Assembly (NCBI GenBank): GCA_951406725.2
Contig: OX597817.1
Location: forward strand, 7,378,001 to 7,442,000
Length of the DNA: 64,000 nt
Direction: 5' to 3'
Source of the DNA: Octopus vulgaris
Lineage: Eukaryota
Position 1 is the stretch's first letter; every line of letters begins with the position of its first letter. Positions 12,861 through 26,850 of the stretch are shown here, one piece after another. Both the position numbers and the translations under genes were made by a program. The notes beneath the pieces were generated by a model that was not told the DNA's origin, did no database searches, and saw only the letters and a program-made list of their open reading frames with translations.

Positions 12861-13059
12861 TCACATATATGCATGGAAAGAAAACGATAAGAGATAGACA
12901 GATAGAGAGAGAGAGTGAGAGAGTGAGAGAGAGAGAGAGAGATACATACATACATACATACATACATACATCATATGAATCTGCGAGTAATATAGCAATT
13001 GACTAACTGACATTTAAAGTGTTTATTTTCATCAAGACAGCCGATTTCGATTGGACCGA

Positions 13060-13440
13060 AATTCTCAATTAACGGGTGCTGAGAGGAAATTAAGAGCATA
13101 CGTTATGTATTCCATAGAATACACAGAATGTTTCAAATGTGACAAGTTTTACATCGGCATTCCCACCCTTCCATTACGCATCCACATTGAAGTTTATACG
13201 AAAACCTCTTCCCTAAAAATCAACAAAAATATTATCAGTTGGAGATGGTTGAAAATGATAGTTAGAGTTTCTATGAAGGCTTCGAATAGAAATTTTCGGA
13301 AATTCTGTATATTAAAGAAATCATCATAATCAAATTTTCGAACTACACATTAACAACTATGAACAGCTTTTAGGCTGTCAAAATTCTTTTGGCTAATTTA
13401 ACAATTACCCACCAATCCACTAACTCCTCTGTGCCGTTCT
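13060..13440 (+). pseudogene. Degenerate GIY-YIG endonuclease fragment of a Penelope-like element
   Basis: Translation YVMYSIEYTECFKCDKFYIGIPTLPLR matches the PLE pattern VIYxIxCxxCxxxYIGxT; degraded downstream. Confidence 0.6.
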
Positions 13441-13982
13441 TTCGCTTGTCATAACGCTTTTGGTCTTATTAATATTTAATATTTCGAAGATAAATTTTCA
13501 GTTCATAATTAAGGCTTATTAAAGCAGAAATACAGAAAACACACCTACACTTGTATACACGCTCGCACACACGCATTCGCTCAAGCATACACACAGATTC
13601 TAGCATACACATATATGAGTATTTGTATGCATTACACGGAGAGAGAAACGGTGAGTTGTACAAACACGGGTAAAAGTACTGCACATACCAGTTGATCTTA
13701 TATAGTTAATTCGAAGATACAGATTCACTTTGTTGCCCTTTGAGTTTCTCATGCGTGGGTGGCTGGGAATGCAGAAATAGAGGAGGAACTTGGACCGGTT
13801 AATAACAGGAATAACTACCTAGGTACAAATAACATACACGCGCATACACGAAGCGACTTTGCCAACAGTGTTTTCAATAATATATTAGACACAACCATCG
13901 GCTTCTGAGACTATATTTCTTTCTACGTGCATATCTTTCTTTCTCTCACTCTCTCCCTCTCTCTCTCTCTCTTTCTCTCTGT

Positions 13983-14067
<85 letters not shown>

Positions 14068-14130
14068 TGACATACATATATACACATACATATATATGTA
14101 TGTTTATGCATATTTGTATGCACATAAATA

Positions 14131-14197
<67 letters not shown>

Positions 14198-14199
<2 letters not shown>

Positions 14200-14594
14200 C
14201 TATAAAATAATATGTTACATTACTCAATAGTCAAGTTTCAGATGCCGAAGTGGAAATCCACAACACCATCTCTTCGGTTATCTGGCCAGATATCTATGTC
14301 CTTATCTAACCATCTATTTACATACAGGTAAACACATGCTTATATTTATGTAGATGAGTATGTATGCACATATACATGTATGTTGCTTTTTTGTTGTGTG
14401 GTAACCGAAGAGATGGTGTTGTTGATTTCCACTTCGGCATCTGAAACTCAGATTTTTATCTTGACTATTGAGTAATGTAACATATTATTTTATAGATTAT
14501 TTTATTATTCTTATTATTATTTTACAGATAATTTCCTCTATTTACATAATATTGAGGTCTCTTTCTTTCTTTTGTTATCTTACCGTTTTTACCA

Positions 14595-14596
<2 letters not shown>
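14198..14596. mobile_element. Fold-back PLE-type end enclosing an inverted copy of flanking DNA
   Basis: Arms 14198-14281 and 14402-14497; spacer 14290-14404 is the reverse complement of 15020-15134. Confidence 0.75.
14400..14460 (+). ncRNA. Hammerhead-like motif, U4C variant, degenerate
   Basis: GGUAA-CCGAAGA-GAUG…CAUC-U-GAAA-CUCAGAU-UU-UUAUC; the inverted arm gives GAUAA, a perfect partner for UUAUC. Confidence 0.5.
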
Positions 14597-14628
<32 letters not shown>

Positions 14629-14633
14629 ATATA

Positions 14634-15031
14634 TTCTTTTACTTTTACTTGTAACGGTTTTTTTACTGTGGCCATATAGAGCACCGCTTTAAAGGCTTTT
14701 GGTCGAAGAAATCGATCCCAGGACTTATTCTTTGTAAGCGCAGTACTTATTCTATCGGTCTCTTTCGCCAAGCCGTTAAATTACGGGGACGTAAACACAC
14801 CAGCACCGGATTTCATGCAGGGGACGGGTACAAACACAGACATAAAAATATACAGCGATATATAAATATACATACATATACGACGGGCTTGTTTAAGCTT
14901 CCATCTACCAAATCCACTCACATGGACTTGATCGGCCCGAGGCTATAGTAGAAGACACTTGTCCAAGGTGCCACACAGTAGGACTGAACCCAGAACCATA
15001 TGGTTGGGAAGCAAGCTTCTTACCACACAGC
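14634..15031 (-). mobile_element. tRNA-derived SINE family A
   Basis: Reverse-complement match to family A head, body and tail. Confidence 0.85.
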
Positions 15032-17337
15032 AAAAAAGCAACATACATGTATATGTGCATACATGCTCATCTACATAAATATATGCATGTGTTTACTTGT
15101 ATGTAAATAGATGGCTAGATAAGGACATAGATATACTTTCAATGAGAAGATAGCTTCTATGGAATTAATTTAACATTTATTGAGATAGCCCCTTGACGAC
15201 AGGAAGGGAAACAGGATGGTCATAGATAGAAGGTCTTTTATCTTAGGTCTTTTCGATCAGACTCTAAACAAAAATATGAGCTTTAACCCTTCATTAATGT
15301 AGGCAACGAATCTCAGTCCGCTTCTATGATGAGCATTCGAGAGTTTAATCACGGGAATTCTTACTTATGTAAGCGACAGAATATCCCCAGACATGCGCTC
15401 AAACAAAATCAGCGTGACATAATATAACCTTTTATTTATATGCAGAACCCAGATACAGACATACAGGCAGATGAACAAATCTCCCAATTATAAGCCAAAA
15501 CAAATTTTAGTCAATTTATATTCGATCTGCAACGAAGAGAGCAATTTTAGAATTTATCACAATTCTCATCAAGAAAAACAAGGGAATCAACTCCAGAATG
15601 TAAATTGATGAGAAATTAAAATTAAAATACGAAATTGGTAGATTCTTTTGCATCAAACAATATGCGAAAATTTGTTCAATTATGAACAAATTGTAACATT
15701 TTCCCTAATGCTTACGTACAAAAACGGAAGTTCGATATTCATTTAAGAAGAAGAAAATATCTAGAGACAAGGAAACTGACATGAATAGTATATTAATAAT
15801 AATTCTAACAATAATTATGTAATACACACTTTTTAAATTCACACTTTTTAAAAGAATACATAATTGCTTTGGCTTTAGTTACAATATCCATGATTTTACG
15901 TGATTTAAAGATCTTTATAAGAATATTCAAATGTACATTACCAAAATAATTTTTAAAAATTGTTTACCAAAATTTTAAAAACTGTGAGGAAGCTTGAGTA
16001 CTATTTTCTTATCTCCTTTCACGCCCTAAATGGAAATTCCATTGCAGTCAAATTTGACTTGTGTCCCTCCGGAGTCTATAAAATTAGAAAACAGTTATAT
16101 ACTGAGGAATTGGCTGATTAAGATTGGTGACCTGTCAGTGTGAGAAATTGATATCATTAAGAAACTTATCCAAAAATTGATATTTTATTTTAAAGAAATA
16201 GACAGATCACGTGAGCTGGCTCAAGTAGATTAAAATGCTGTTAAAAAAATAATTATGCTAAAGTGGCATGCCTTTATCTAAGATTCGTTTCAGGAGAAAA
16301 ACTTCCTTGCTTAAGAGTAAAATTGAATAAAATAAAAGTCTTATCCATGATCAAGTGGAATAAAGCAGAATTAAAGTTCTTCAAATAAAAAGTTATGAAA
16401 ATGCCTCCAGCGAACTAAGAACTGATGGCTACATAGACTATGATACTGGATATCAAAATTTAAATAAACTGAAATACACTGAAAATAAAGAAGGAAAAAG
16501 TGTAATGGCACCTTATTTTGCCATTTGGCAATGACATCTCTCGAGAAAGAAAATACTCTTAAGTCAGACGTGAATAAAAACAATATTATTGTCGAAGCAC
16601 TCCGTTACTGCTAAACATTTTTTTTTAATATATCATTTAATTATATTTTGATATGATTTGAAATATTTAGAATTTAAAGAAAATATAGGTACTCCACCCT
16701 TCCTATCCTGGGTACATGACATTTGTTCTTCTTGCGTTGGTATTTCTATGTTTGTTAATACAGTGCCTACTCTGCATATTCGTTTGTCTTCTCGTCATCT
16801 TTACAGTAGCTAGCCATCAAGATCTCCCAGACGACGCTTCATCTTTTCATACGTTCTCCGAAATCAAACTTTCGGTGATAACCGCGTACCTCTCTCAACT
16901 TCTCTAAAGGGTTGCATCAGTCATGGAAATTAAACCACCATTCACTTGTTTAAAGGTCACGTGGATTGCAGCCCTCTTTTGATTGCTCTTAAAATAAAAG
17001 TAAACCTTGAAAACAACGTCATAAAAGCAATTCCTTCTAACCAGGTCTCGATGTCCATGGAAATCTACTCTATTGTTTTGTAACTGAACACCGACTTTTT
17101 TATGCCTTGTAGATTTGACTTTTTCAAGTACAGTAGTACTTCGGTTTTCGAACAACTCTGATCATGAATAAATCGTGCTTCATAGGTAGATATATATATA
17201 TAACACGATTTATTCGTGATCAGAGTTGTTCGAAAATCGAGATTCTACAATATACAGAAAATCACTTACGTATAAGATTATGTGGCATTCATGACAGATA
17301 TCTGTTATCTGTTACGAATAGAAAAATTTCGACTAAC

Positions 17338-17412
<75 letters not shown>

Positions 17413-17521
17413 ATTTATATGTATATATATACATATACACATATATAGACAATATTAACAATAAGTATTACACCGAAGTAGTAATAGAATGGCTTTTAAT
17501 TCTCTGATTATACACCGCCTT

Positions 17522-17580
17522 TTAAGACAATACACGTTGCAATTGCAACCACCCTACGGTAAATTTCTTCAGGGTCTTAA
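17522..17580 (-). ncRNA. Degenerate hammerhead in the PLE pLTR
   Basis: UUAAGAC-C-CUGAAGA-AAUU…AAUU-GCAA-CGUG-UA-UU-GUCUUAA (GAAA changed to GCAA). Confidence 0.5.
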
Positions 17581-17751
17581 CTTGATATCCTTCGGTTTGG
17601 CCGTTTAATGATTTTCTTTTATGAACAATGCGTTGTATGATTTAAAGTTGTCCGTTAAGTCAAACGCGAATAATATCTATTTCAAGTTCTGATTGAATAA
17701 TGATTTTCAGTCCATCATTTCAAAACTTGGTATAGCTTAAATGATAACCAT

Positions 17752-18180
17752 TCATTTATACTTCGCAAGTGTGACCTTCCTCGTGTGCACGCATCTCAAT
17801 GATTGCTCCTGTCTAGAATTTATTAGGTTACCCTTGGATGTGAAAATCCTGTAAAATTCTTCCAAACGTAGGTCACATCTATTGGTTCCAGGTCTGCATG
17901 ATTTTGCAGTAGAAATTAATGCCAATTTAATCGTATAGTTCTTGTTACTGTCCTGAAAAGATCAGATTAATTTGCTAAGACTCATTTGGAACAATTTATT
18001 TTTGTCTTTAAACGAACTCAAATGATTTGCCAGTTTCCTCTTAAAAATTAATGTTGTCCCACCGATGTAAAAGAATTCCTTAACCTCATATGTAGCTATA
18101 CATCTATATATAACATTTTTAGTTTTACACTTATTTTCCACATAACAGGATTCCCGTTTAGAACAATTGCAAAGATAGCC
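17752..18180 (-). pseudogene. GIY-YIG endonuclease domain (Naiad-type), one in-frame stop
   Basis: GYLCNCSKRESCYVENKCKTKNVIYRCIATYEVKEFFYIGGTTLIFKRKLANHLSSFKD…LSKLI*…RCDLRLEEFYRI…LINSRQEQSLRCVH. Confidence 0.9.
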
Positions 18181-19277
18181 TTTTATATTTCGCCCAGATT
18201 TAGTTTATTTGATCATTCATTGTAGAATTAAATTCATTTCCACAAAGTTCTTTATAGCAATTTACTTCTTCAGATAATGTTATCATTGTTCAATTTCTAG
18301 CTGAATTTTTATTCGATTTGACGTTATTATTTATGTTAAACTGGGGTGTTTCCCTTGCTACGACATTTAATTTCTTGGTATTCCCTTCTATTTGAGGTTC
18401 TTTATTGTGGTTGACGTTACTATACTTCAAATCTATTACGCTTTTCTAATCGTAATCGTTTTTGTGAAATTTGGATATTATTTTAACATTATGTGCTGCT
18501 ATAAGTTGTGCAATATTAGGGCTAAGACAATAACCCGATCTAATTTTATGTCGAGTAAAAATTTTATAATATTTGTGGTTTCTTGGAAAATATTTTTGAA
18601 TTGTTATATTAAACAATTTGGAAAAATTGTAATTGATATTTCAGAAATAGTTTATCTATTATTTCATTATCCAATATATATCATTTTCAATACACTAATG
18701 TGGTTTGATGGCGATTTTATTTCTATTACTAGAAGGTAAAACGTTCGCTTAGAGGTTTGCACGTCTTGTTATTTTTATTGCACACCTATCAAATACATTT
18801 TAGAAGTAGTCATCGCGTCATTTATCTCTGGCTGTGAACGACAATCGGCCTCTGTATTGTAACAGATTTCTTTTCTACAAGAATATATTCAGTTTGAATG
18901 AAATATGGTCTCTAGTTCCAGTCGGTTGAACAACCATATAGACGTTCAAGAGCCCCTCGCTCTCTCGAGTTTGTTTCTTTGTCTTTTTTTTTATGGACCT
19001 ATTTCACTATGACTGTCCTTCGTTTCCTGTTCGTTGTTTCAATAAAGAACACAATGGTATTTATATTAAAATACATGTTTGTTTGTTTTCTTTTGCTTTT
19101 GTTTTACAAAATGCCATTGCTTCATAAATTACATTACTTTATCTTCTTTCAATATTTTTTTACTATTTTTTTCTTTTTGTGGTGGTGGTAGAGATACATT
19201 TTTGTAGGTTTTTTATGATACGCTTAATATTTACGCTACTGGCTGTAAGTAGAAAGCGGTGTTGCGGTGCATATTTA

Positions 19278-19322
<45 letters not shown>

Positions 19323-20208
19323 GCGTATATAGTTTGGGTATCTCCATCATTTTGTCAGTATGGATGAAACGATTGACTTAGTATTAAATTAGGCGAGAAC
19401 ATAAAATAAACAATAACTATAGCAACACTAATAAAACACAACAAAAAAATAACAAAGTATATCTGCAATGACTACAATGGCAACAGTAGCAAAGCCTGCA
19501 AATTTATGCACCAGTCCGGATATTAGCAAACGTCAAACATTATTTTAAGATCAAAGGTGTTCTAAAATTTGTTAAAATATTCGGTTGACAATATACTGAC
19601 AGCATAAATGCATATATAAATTGAATATATAAGTATATCGCTCACCCCATCCCTTACTTTTATTTTCAGTTCCTGTCTTGTCTCTCAAAGAGATAGATTC
19701 AGACTTTGTTAGAGCGTACGCATACGTCTTAAGTAGAAATGTACACAACATTATTATAATCATTGCTATTTAGTATGGCATTAATTAACTTCAGCTTGAC
19801 AGAGCTTTGCACACGCCAGCAAATGTATCGATTGCTGTTTACTACATAAAAGAAGGGCATTTCTTATTGAGCTACGAACGATAATTTCTCTAAATGTAAC
19901 TGATGAAGAGTAACGATACTTACTTATTTGACCTAGAGTCGTATACGATCATTCATAGCTTAACTTGATGTATTACCACACGCATTGTTAATAAGGAGAG
20001 TTTCTATTTTTTTTCCGGTGAAGGTTATTATGGTGAAGATCCTTATATGCTAGATTGTACACAAGCATATTGAATGCTATGTACAAAGCTTTATTTTAAT
20101 CACCCTTGCTTCTTAATAGGTCTTTAATACACAAACACACACATTCGCTGTCACAAAGACACAGGCACACACACAATTTATATATGTATATATATATATA
20201 TATATATC

Positions 20209-20535
20209 AGTAATAATAAAGGGTGAAATTAATTAATTAGGGATAATTATCAATTACACCAAGTAAATTTCGGCATGTAAAAGCCCCATTCGAGGAAAAT
20301 TTAAGTAATACTAAGTAATTAAGGGTTTAGCAACGAATTGCCTCACCAACACACCGAATTTAGAAATAGCAGTCAAAGAGATATAGCTATTCCTTCTACT
20401 AAAAGGGGGATCTCAAGTGCTGTGTTTTTACTGAGATCCCCCTTTTAGTAGAAGGAATAGCTATATCTCTTTGACTGCTATTTCTAAATTCGGTGTGTTG
20501 GTGAGGCAATTCGTTGCTAAACCCTTAATTACTTA

Positions 20536-20539
<4 letters not shown>
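20209..20539. mobile_element. Fold-back PLE-type end with perfect 108-bp inverted repeat
   Basis: 20308-20415 is the exact reverse complement of 20432-20539; flanked by (TA)n. Confidence 0.75.
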
Positions 20540-20598
<59 letters not shown>

Positions 20599-20993
20599 GA
20601 GAGAGAGAGAGAGAGCTAGAGGGAGAGGGTGGATACAGACAGATAGATAGAAATGCACATACATTCGTATATATATATACGAAATTTAGCCCCTAGGTGG
20701 CGCTAAATTTCGAAACTGGTACCGAGTTGACCAGCATTTGCTTGTTCTGACCCATTTGAGGTAAGACATTATTATTGTTCACTGATATTTTTTCCTGTCT
20801 TGTCTGAAATAGATTTGTGACTATTCGGGGGAACAGAAGTATTTTTTTACTTCTATCTTTAGCGACATAGGTACTCATGTAGTACTCTTGTGTATATATG
20901 TACACATTTAATATTGTATGTATATATTTTATTAATTTACCTGTACGGCTGATAATTCGCTTACCACTTGTGATGGTATTTTAATGATACCAT

Positions 20994-21055
<62 letters not shown>

Positions 21056-21289
21056 GCATACATAGAAAGACAGAATGACAAACACAACAGGCGATAACAC
21101 AGACACATGGGATGGAGATACGTTGAAGAGGTCACAGGAAGTGTGACGAAAGACTCAAGGCAAAGGACACAAAAATAAGAACAATAACAAGAAACATAAT
21201 GAAGCTGAAGTGCAGAACGGATATATAGTGCGTATGTTTATTTAGCAAAAGGCATGACTGAAATATAACAATACATATGCACACACACA

Positions 21290-21372
<83 letters not shown>

Positions 21373-21901
21373 CGACATTGTAATCTATTAATAATCCTAT
21401 TCAGCTAGAGACGATAAATATAGATGCATAGTGATACACCCTCCTTTTCATATTAGGAAAAGAAAAGAAACTTCGACTTTCATTCCTAACACACATTCTT
21501 ATTGAACAATATACAATAGCTATCTCAAGAGTGACAAACTCTAAATATATATCTCTGTAATATCCTTATGAAATTTCCGTTCAAATACTAAACAATTGTT
21601 TCCGAAGTAATATAATAAAGCTGAATACAGTATTTCTAAAAGATAATCTGTGAGATCGTGCTCCTTAATTTATTAACCTAATATATCACAAATTATATAG
21701 ACGCTCAGTGCATAATAGATTATGTCCTGCATTTTCTTCCATAGTTAATGAGATACACATTGCTAATGAATTCGTAGCATAATAATTTGAGATTACAAAA
21801 TACTCACTCTCCAAGAGTGTCATGTAACAAAAGATTTCTATCGTGCTGAAAAGCATTAATTGCGTAATTTGTGGAAACGATAGCAAAAGATATCAGGTTG
21901 A

Positions 21902-22290
21902 ATTATTATCATTACTATTATTATTATTATCCTTCAGTAGTATAATTTTTATAGCGTGCTTTCACTTCTCTACCGAGCGCAGCTCTGTGTGCATTGGGTA
22001 TGTGCTGTGATTTGTTGTGATGCTCTGATGGTTATTGTATGGAAAGTGTTCTGCGTAGGATGTGTGCAGTGCCTAGTGGTGAAATTTCCTGTATGTTATA
22101 TGTGTTTGTAAGTCCTGGTATTTTTGTTATGCATTTGTCTGAATATTTTTTTATCATGCCTATGATAGGAATTGTTTCTGTTTTTAGATTCCACATTCTG
22201 GTTACCTCCATTTCTAGGTCTTTGTATTTTGAAAGTTTCTCCATTTCTTTTAGGGCTAATGGCATCGACTAACATTTTCCCCTCAAAATT
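21902..22290 (-). mobile_element. R4/Dong-type non-LTR retrotransposon 3' fragment
   Basis: KEMEKLSKYKDLEMEVTRMWNLKTETIPII…LGTAHILRRTLS (end of restriction-like endonuclease region), 3' UTR and (TAA)n tail. Confidence 0.85.
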
Positions 22291-22691
22291 GGTGATCAAA
22301 AACCATTATTAAATCAATTCTATAATTTTGAATAATTATGTGCGCATATGTGTGTGCCTATGAGTGCACGGATCTGGCCACGCGCGCATGTGTGTATGTA
22401 TATATGTGTGCACGTGACTCGACACGCTCGCGTGTATTTAAGGAACCAATAACCTCGTTACAATGGATCTTTTCCAAAACTCCATGGCCTGTATGTAGCC
22501 GAGAATACATTACTCTCTTCGGATAAATAAAAAAAAAACTCCAATTCATCATAAATCGAACTCCATCAGCCATTATGTACATATGTGCATTTTCAGTTGC
22601 ACATAACATAAGCAACGAGACATGATCGGTTTTTATTCAACAAAACGTCTCGCCCACAAGAATACGGTCATAAATGGAACTTTCTAACCAC

Positions 22692-22739
<48 letters not shown>

Positions 22740-23103
22740 TGAGTGTGTGTGTGTGTGTGTGTGTGTGCACATGTGCATGCATGTACGCATGTATATATGC
22801 ATGTATGTATACATATATACGCACGTATACAGACATATGTTCCATATATATATATATATATATACATAGACACATGCACACAAACACACACAGTGACGGA
22901 GATGGTGAGAAAGAGGAGCAAGACAGAGAAAGGAGAGAGGAGGAGCAGGAGGGGGTGGAGTTAATAACTCCATGTAACAATGCAAAGTTTGACAACGAAC
23001 AAAGGCATTCATACATTTTAACAAAGCTCTAATCTTCAACTAAAATTATAGCTTTTGTTACCGGGTACCCGGAGTAATGTATAATTCTATCATACCTAAC
23101 CTA

Positions 23104-23168
<65 letters not shown>

Positions 23169-23290
23169 GTATTTTATATAAAATATATATACATAAATAA
23201 TATGTATACAGATATACACACACACACATGTATATACATATATACGTACATACAAGCACACTTATAAGTATATATATATATATATGTATG

Positions 23291-23379
<89 letters not shown>

Positions 23380-23910
23380 GTATATATGCGCAACAACACA
23401 CACACATACACATATATTTGAATGTGTACCGACATATGTCTGTATTTACACGTGTATTTCAAAGTGTTAATTTTTAAAAAATATTGTGTATAAGTAAAGA
23501 CATTAGAACACTATGAATATATACGTCCATTGTATTCCTCTATATATTTTACGTATACTCATAGAAAATTACATTGATGTACGTAGGTATGTATGTAAGA
23601 ATGTATGCATGCATGTATGTATGCATATATGTATCTATTTATGTATGTATATATCTATTTATGTATGTATGTATGCTTGCGCAATTGTGTCTGCGCGTGT
23701 ATAGTGTTTTGTTTGTTTCGGTAATGGTGGATTTCTTTAAGGCGTATACGGAACGCACTGCTTTACTTTTCAAAGTTTCTGTACATATTCTATTTACTAT
23801 TCAATTCCACAGCTCCTCTGTTGCATATTTTAATTATTCATGTTGTGTATGTATTTTATTTTCCCTTTTCACAGATGCATGTACATTCATACGTATATAC
23901 ATATTTACAC

Positions 23911-23941
<31 letters not shown>

Positions 23942-23944
23942 TAA

Positions 23945-23979
<35 letters not shown>

Positions 23980-24040
23980 TATGTATCTATATAAATACTG
24001 ACAGACATATGCACAAATATGGATGTATGTATTATATAAA

Positions 24041-24123
<83 letters not shown>

Positions 24124-25584
24124 GTATATATATATATATATATGTATGTATATATATATACACTTAATACGTGTGCGTGTACACATGTGAATTTATGCAT
24201 ATATTCATTATGCATTATGTAGTTTACACAGGAAAGAAACCTTATGTTTTTTTTATTGTCTATGGAATGTATAAGAATTTGAAAGAAGGCGCGAGCTCCT
24301 CTGTAGAACTTGCTGCTCTCTGAATTTTACTAGAGGGAGGGTTGCAAATGCATACATCCACAATAGACTTACCTACATCGTGTAAGTTTCACTTGTGTTT
24401 CTCTCTTCTTTCTCCCTCTCTTTCTCTTCTAATTATTCTACTCCTTCTATACATATTCTGTATAGAATCTCTCTTTCTTTTCCCCCTTTTCACAGAGCGC
24501 GCGCACACACACGCACACACATACAAATGCATTGTTTTGCTTTTACCCTGTTTCTTTATTGTCGTATATATATGTTTCTACAAATAGGTGTTTTGTCTCT
24601 TTAAAAATTATGTTTGAAACGAAAGCATTGAATCTTAGAATCATTATAATTCTAGATAAAAATTCTCTGCCACTTACTTTTATATGCTTTTACATTCTCT
24701 ATACGAAACCCGTTTTAAATAGGCGGTACCATTCCAACGATTCAGTATAGTATTTAGTCGTTTAAATCGCTGCCGATATTTAATTGCTATTGGTAGTTAT
24801 AAATAAGTATTAGAACATCAATGTATAGGGCGCCCTAGTGTCCAACAGTTTTACAATAATGTCTGATGAACTGAAGCTTAGTGAGTAAAACCGGGTTGTC
24901 AGAAACTGAATAGAAGTCCATCCACACGAGGTATGCCTGTAATTCAAAAGTCTAGCTTTTTTCACAAGTGGGTCATGCGGATTTCGCCAAAGTATTACGT
25001 TGAGTACATCTACTCAGCCACTTCACATGACGCCAACACATCGAAATTGATGGCGAAGTTACGCATAGACATGAATACGCATACACACATACACACATAC
25101 ACACACGCACACATAATTTCAAACCAATCTAGTATTAAAAATTATAACTATAATTTGAGTTATTATGTCTATTGTGTAAAAGCCAGTGACGTAATACTTA
25201 ATGTACATCATAACTCATACATACAGCTGCAAAGACAGGCATACAAATACATACATATTAGTACGTAATTATCTGTGCTGTGCGTAGGTAAATAGATTAA
25301 CAAACACGGAGAGGGAGGAGAAGAGAGAAAGATAGATGAATAGACAAACAGATATATCAACAGATGGCCTTCGTAAGAGAAATAGTTGCCCGCGTGCGCA
25401 AGTCGCAGCTTGTCTTGCAACAAACGTTGTCCAAGAGAAAGACCAGGGCGACACTGATCGGCATTATTGGTCGCCGTAGCCACTGTCAGCACCTTATGTA
25501 TATATACATGTGCATATGTGTGTGTGTGTGTGTGTTGTTTTACATGCACATACACCACATAATATAAAGAATTTATATAGAGAG

Positions 25585-26158
25585 ATAGGGGGAGGGAAAG
25601 GAGAGAAAGAAGAAGAAGAAGAAGGAGGAGGAGGAGGAGAAGGAGGAGGAGGAGGAGAAGGAGGAGGAGGAGAAGAAGGAGAAGAAGAAGAAGAAGAAGA
25701 AGAAGAAGAAGAAGACGAAGAAGGAGGATAAGAAGAAGAAGAAGGAAGAAGAAGAAGAAGAAGAAGAAGAAGAAGACGAAGAAGGAGGATAAGAAGAAGA
25801 AGAAGGAGAAGAAGAAGAAGAAGAAGAAGAAGAAGATGACGAAGAAGGAGAAGGATAAGAAGAAGAAGAAGAAGGAGAATAAAAAAGAAGAAGAAGAAGA
25901 AGAAGAAGAAGAAGAAGATGACGAAGAAGAAGAGGAAGAAGAAGAAGAGGAAGAAGAAGAAGGAGAAGAAAAAGAAGAAGAATAAGATGTCGAAGAAGAA
26001 GAAGGAGAAGAATAAGATGTCGAAGAAGAAGAAGGAGAAGAAGAAGAAAAAGAAGAAGTAGTAGAAGAAGAAGAAGAAGAAGAAGAAGAAGAAGAAGAAG
26101 AAGAAGAAGAAGAAGAAGAAGAAGAAGAAGAAGAAGAAGAAGAAGAAGAAGAAGAAGA
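25585..26158. repeat. (GAA/GGA)n polypurine tract
   Basis: Directly visible, ~570 bp. Confidence 0.95.
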
Positions 26159-26850
26159 CAAATGGAGTTTAAAATTCGTAACAGCTATTTCAGGTGTTAC
26201 TTCTTTGATATAAAGAAAATAGGTAAAAAAGAAAACAAAGCAAAATGTGTTAACGTTATTGAAGGTGTTAAATAATATTATAATGTTTTCAAAAATGCTT
26301 TGGTAGAAATATTTTAGTGGTGGGCCAATACGAAACTTAGAAAACAAAACGGAATGTTGAATCTGAAATATTTCTTTTTGCATTATACAATATTACTTTC
26401 CCTGTGGTAGCTTAATTTTTGTTTTTTTCTTTGTTTTTTTTTTCTTTTTTCACGGATGTAGTTGAAAGTGTGATTGTTTGAAATTATCTCATCAGATACG
26501 AATATTTCACCCTTAGGTTCTTAAACTAATATTTATGAAAGCCCTGAGAACTCGATTATTTCAAGTTGTGATATACATAAAAGCCTTTATTAATGTTTAT
26601 CTTGGAAATGAATGAAACATTGGCTTCGCGTTAACTCTTCTGTGTATTCGAAAATATTATGAATATTCGATGGAGTAGAAGATGGAATACAACAACGGTG
26701 TTCAGATATTCCAGTGGAAGTTAAATGTAGTGGTAATGAAGCTGAATAGTATTTAAAAAGAGAACATCTAGATCATCTTACTACCATAGGGTGTTGGGTT
26801 AACTGGATTTATTACACACCTGGGAGTGAGAACACTTTGAGATATTTTTG

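Larger units (their letters stand above)
17450..18770 (-). mobile_element. Naiad-like Penelope-like element, 5'-truncated (linker, GIY-YIG, pLTR)
   Basis: Minus-strand translations QKYFPRNHKYYKIFTRHKIRSGYCLSPNIAQLIAAHNVK (~18480-18620) and the GIY-YIG block below. Confidence 0.85.

Noticed and set aside
17962-17964. In-frame TGA in the Naiad-like GIY-YIG as possible selenocysteine
   Set aside because: It falls at the usual Trp of LSKxIW (TGG>TGA), not at a Cys, and the element has other lesions
25208-26383. Longest ORF (391 aa, poly-S/F/L)
   Set aside because: Translation of the (TTC)n strand of the GAA tract; no domain
26660-26850. Coding-looking stretch FDGVEDGIQQRCSDIPVEVKC…*…GCWVNWIYY
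   Set aside because: Internal stop, no acceptor, no recognised family
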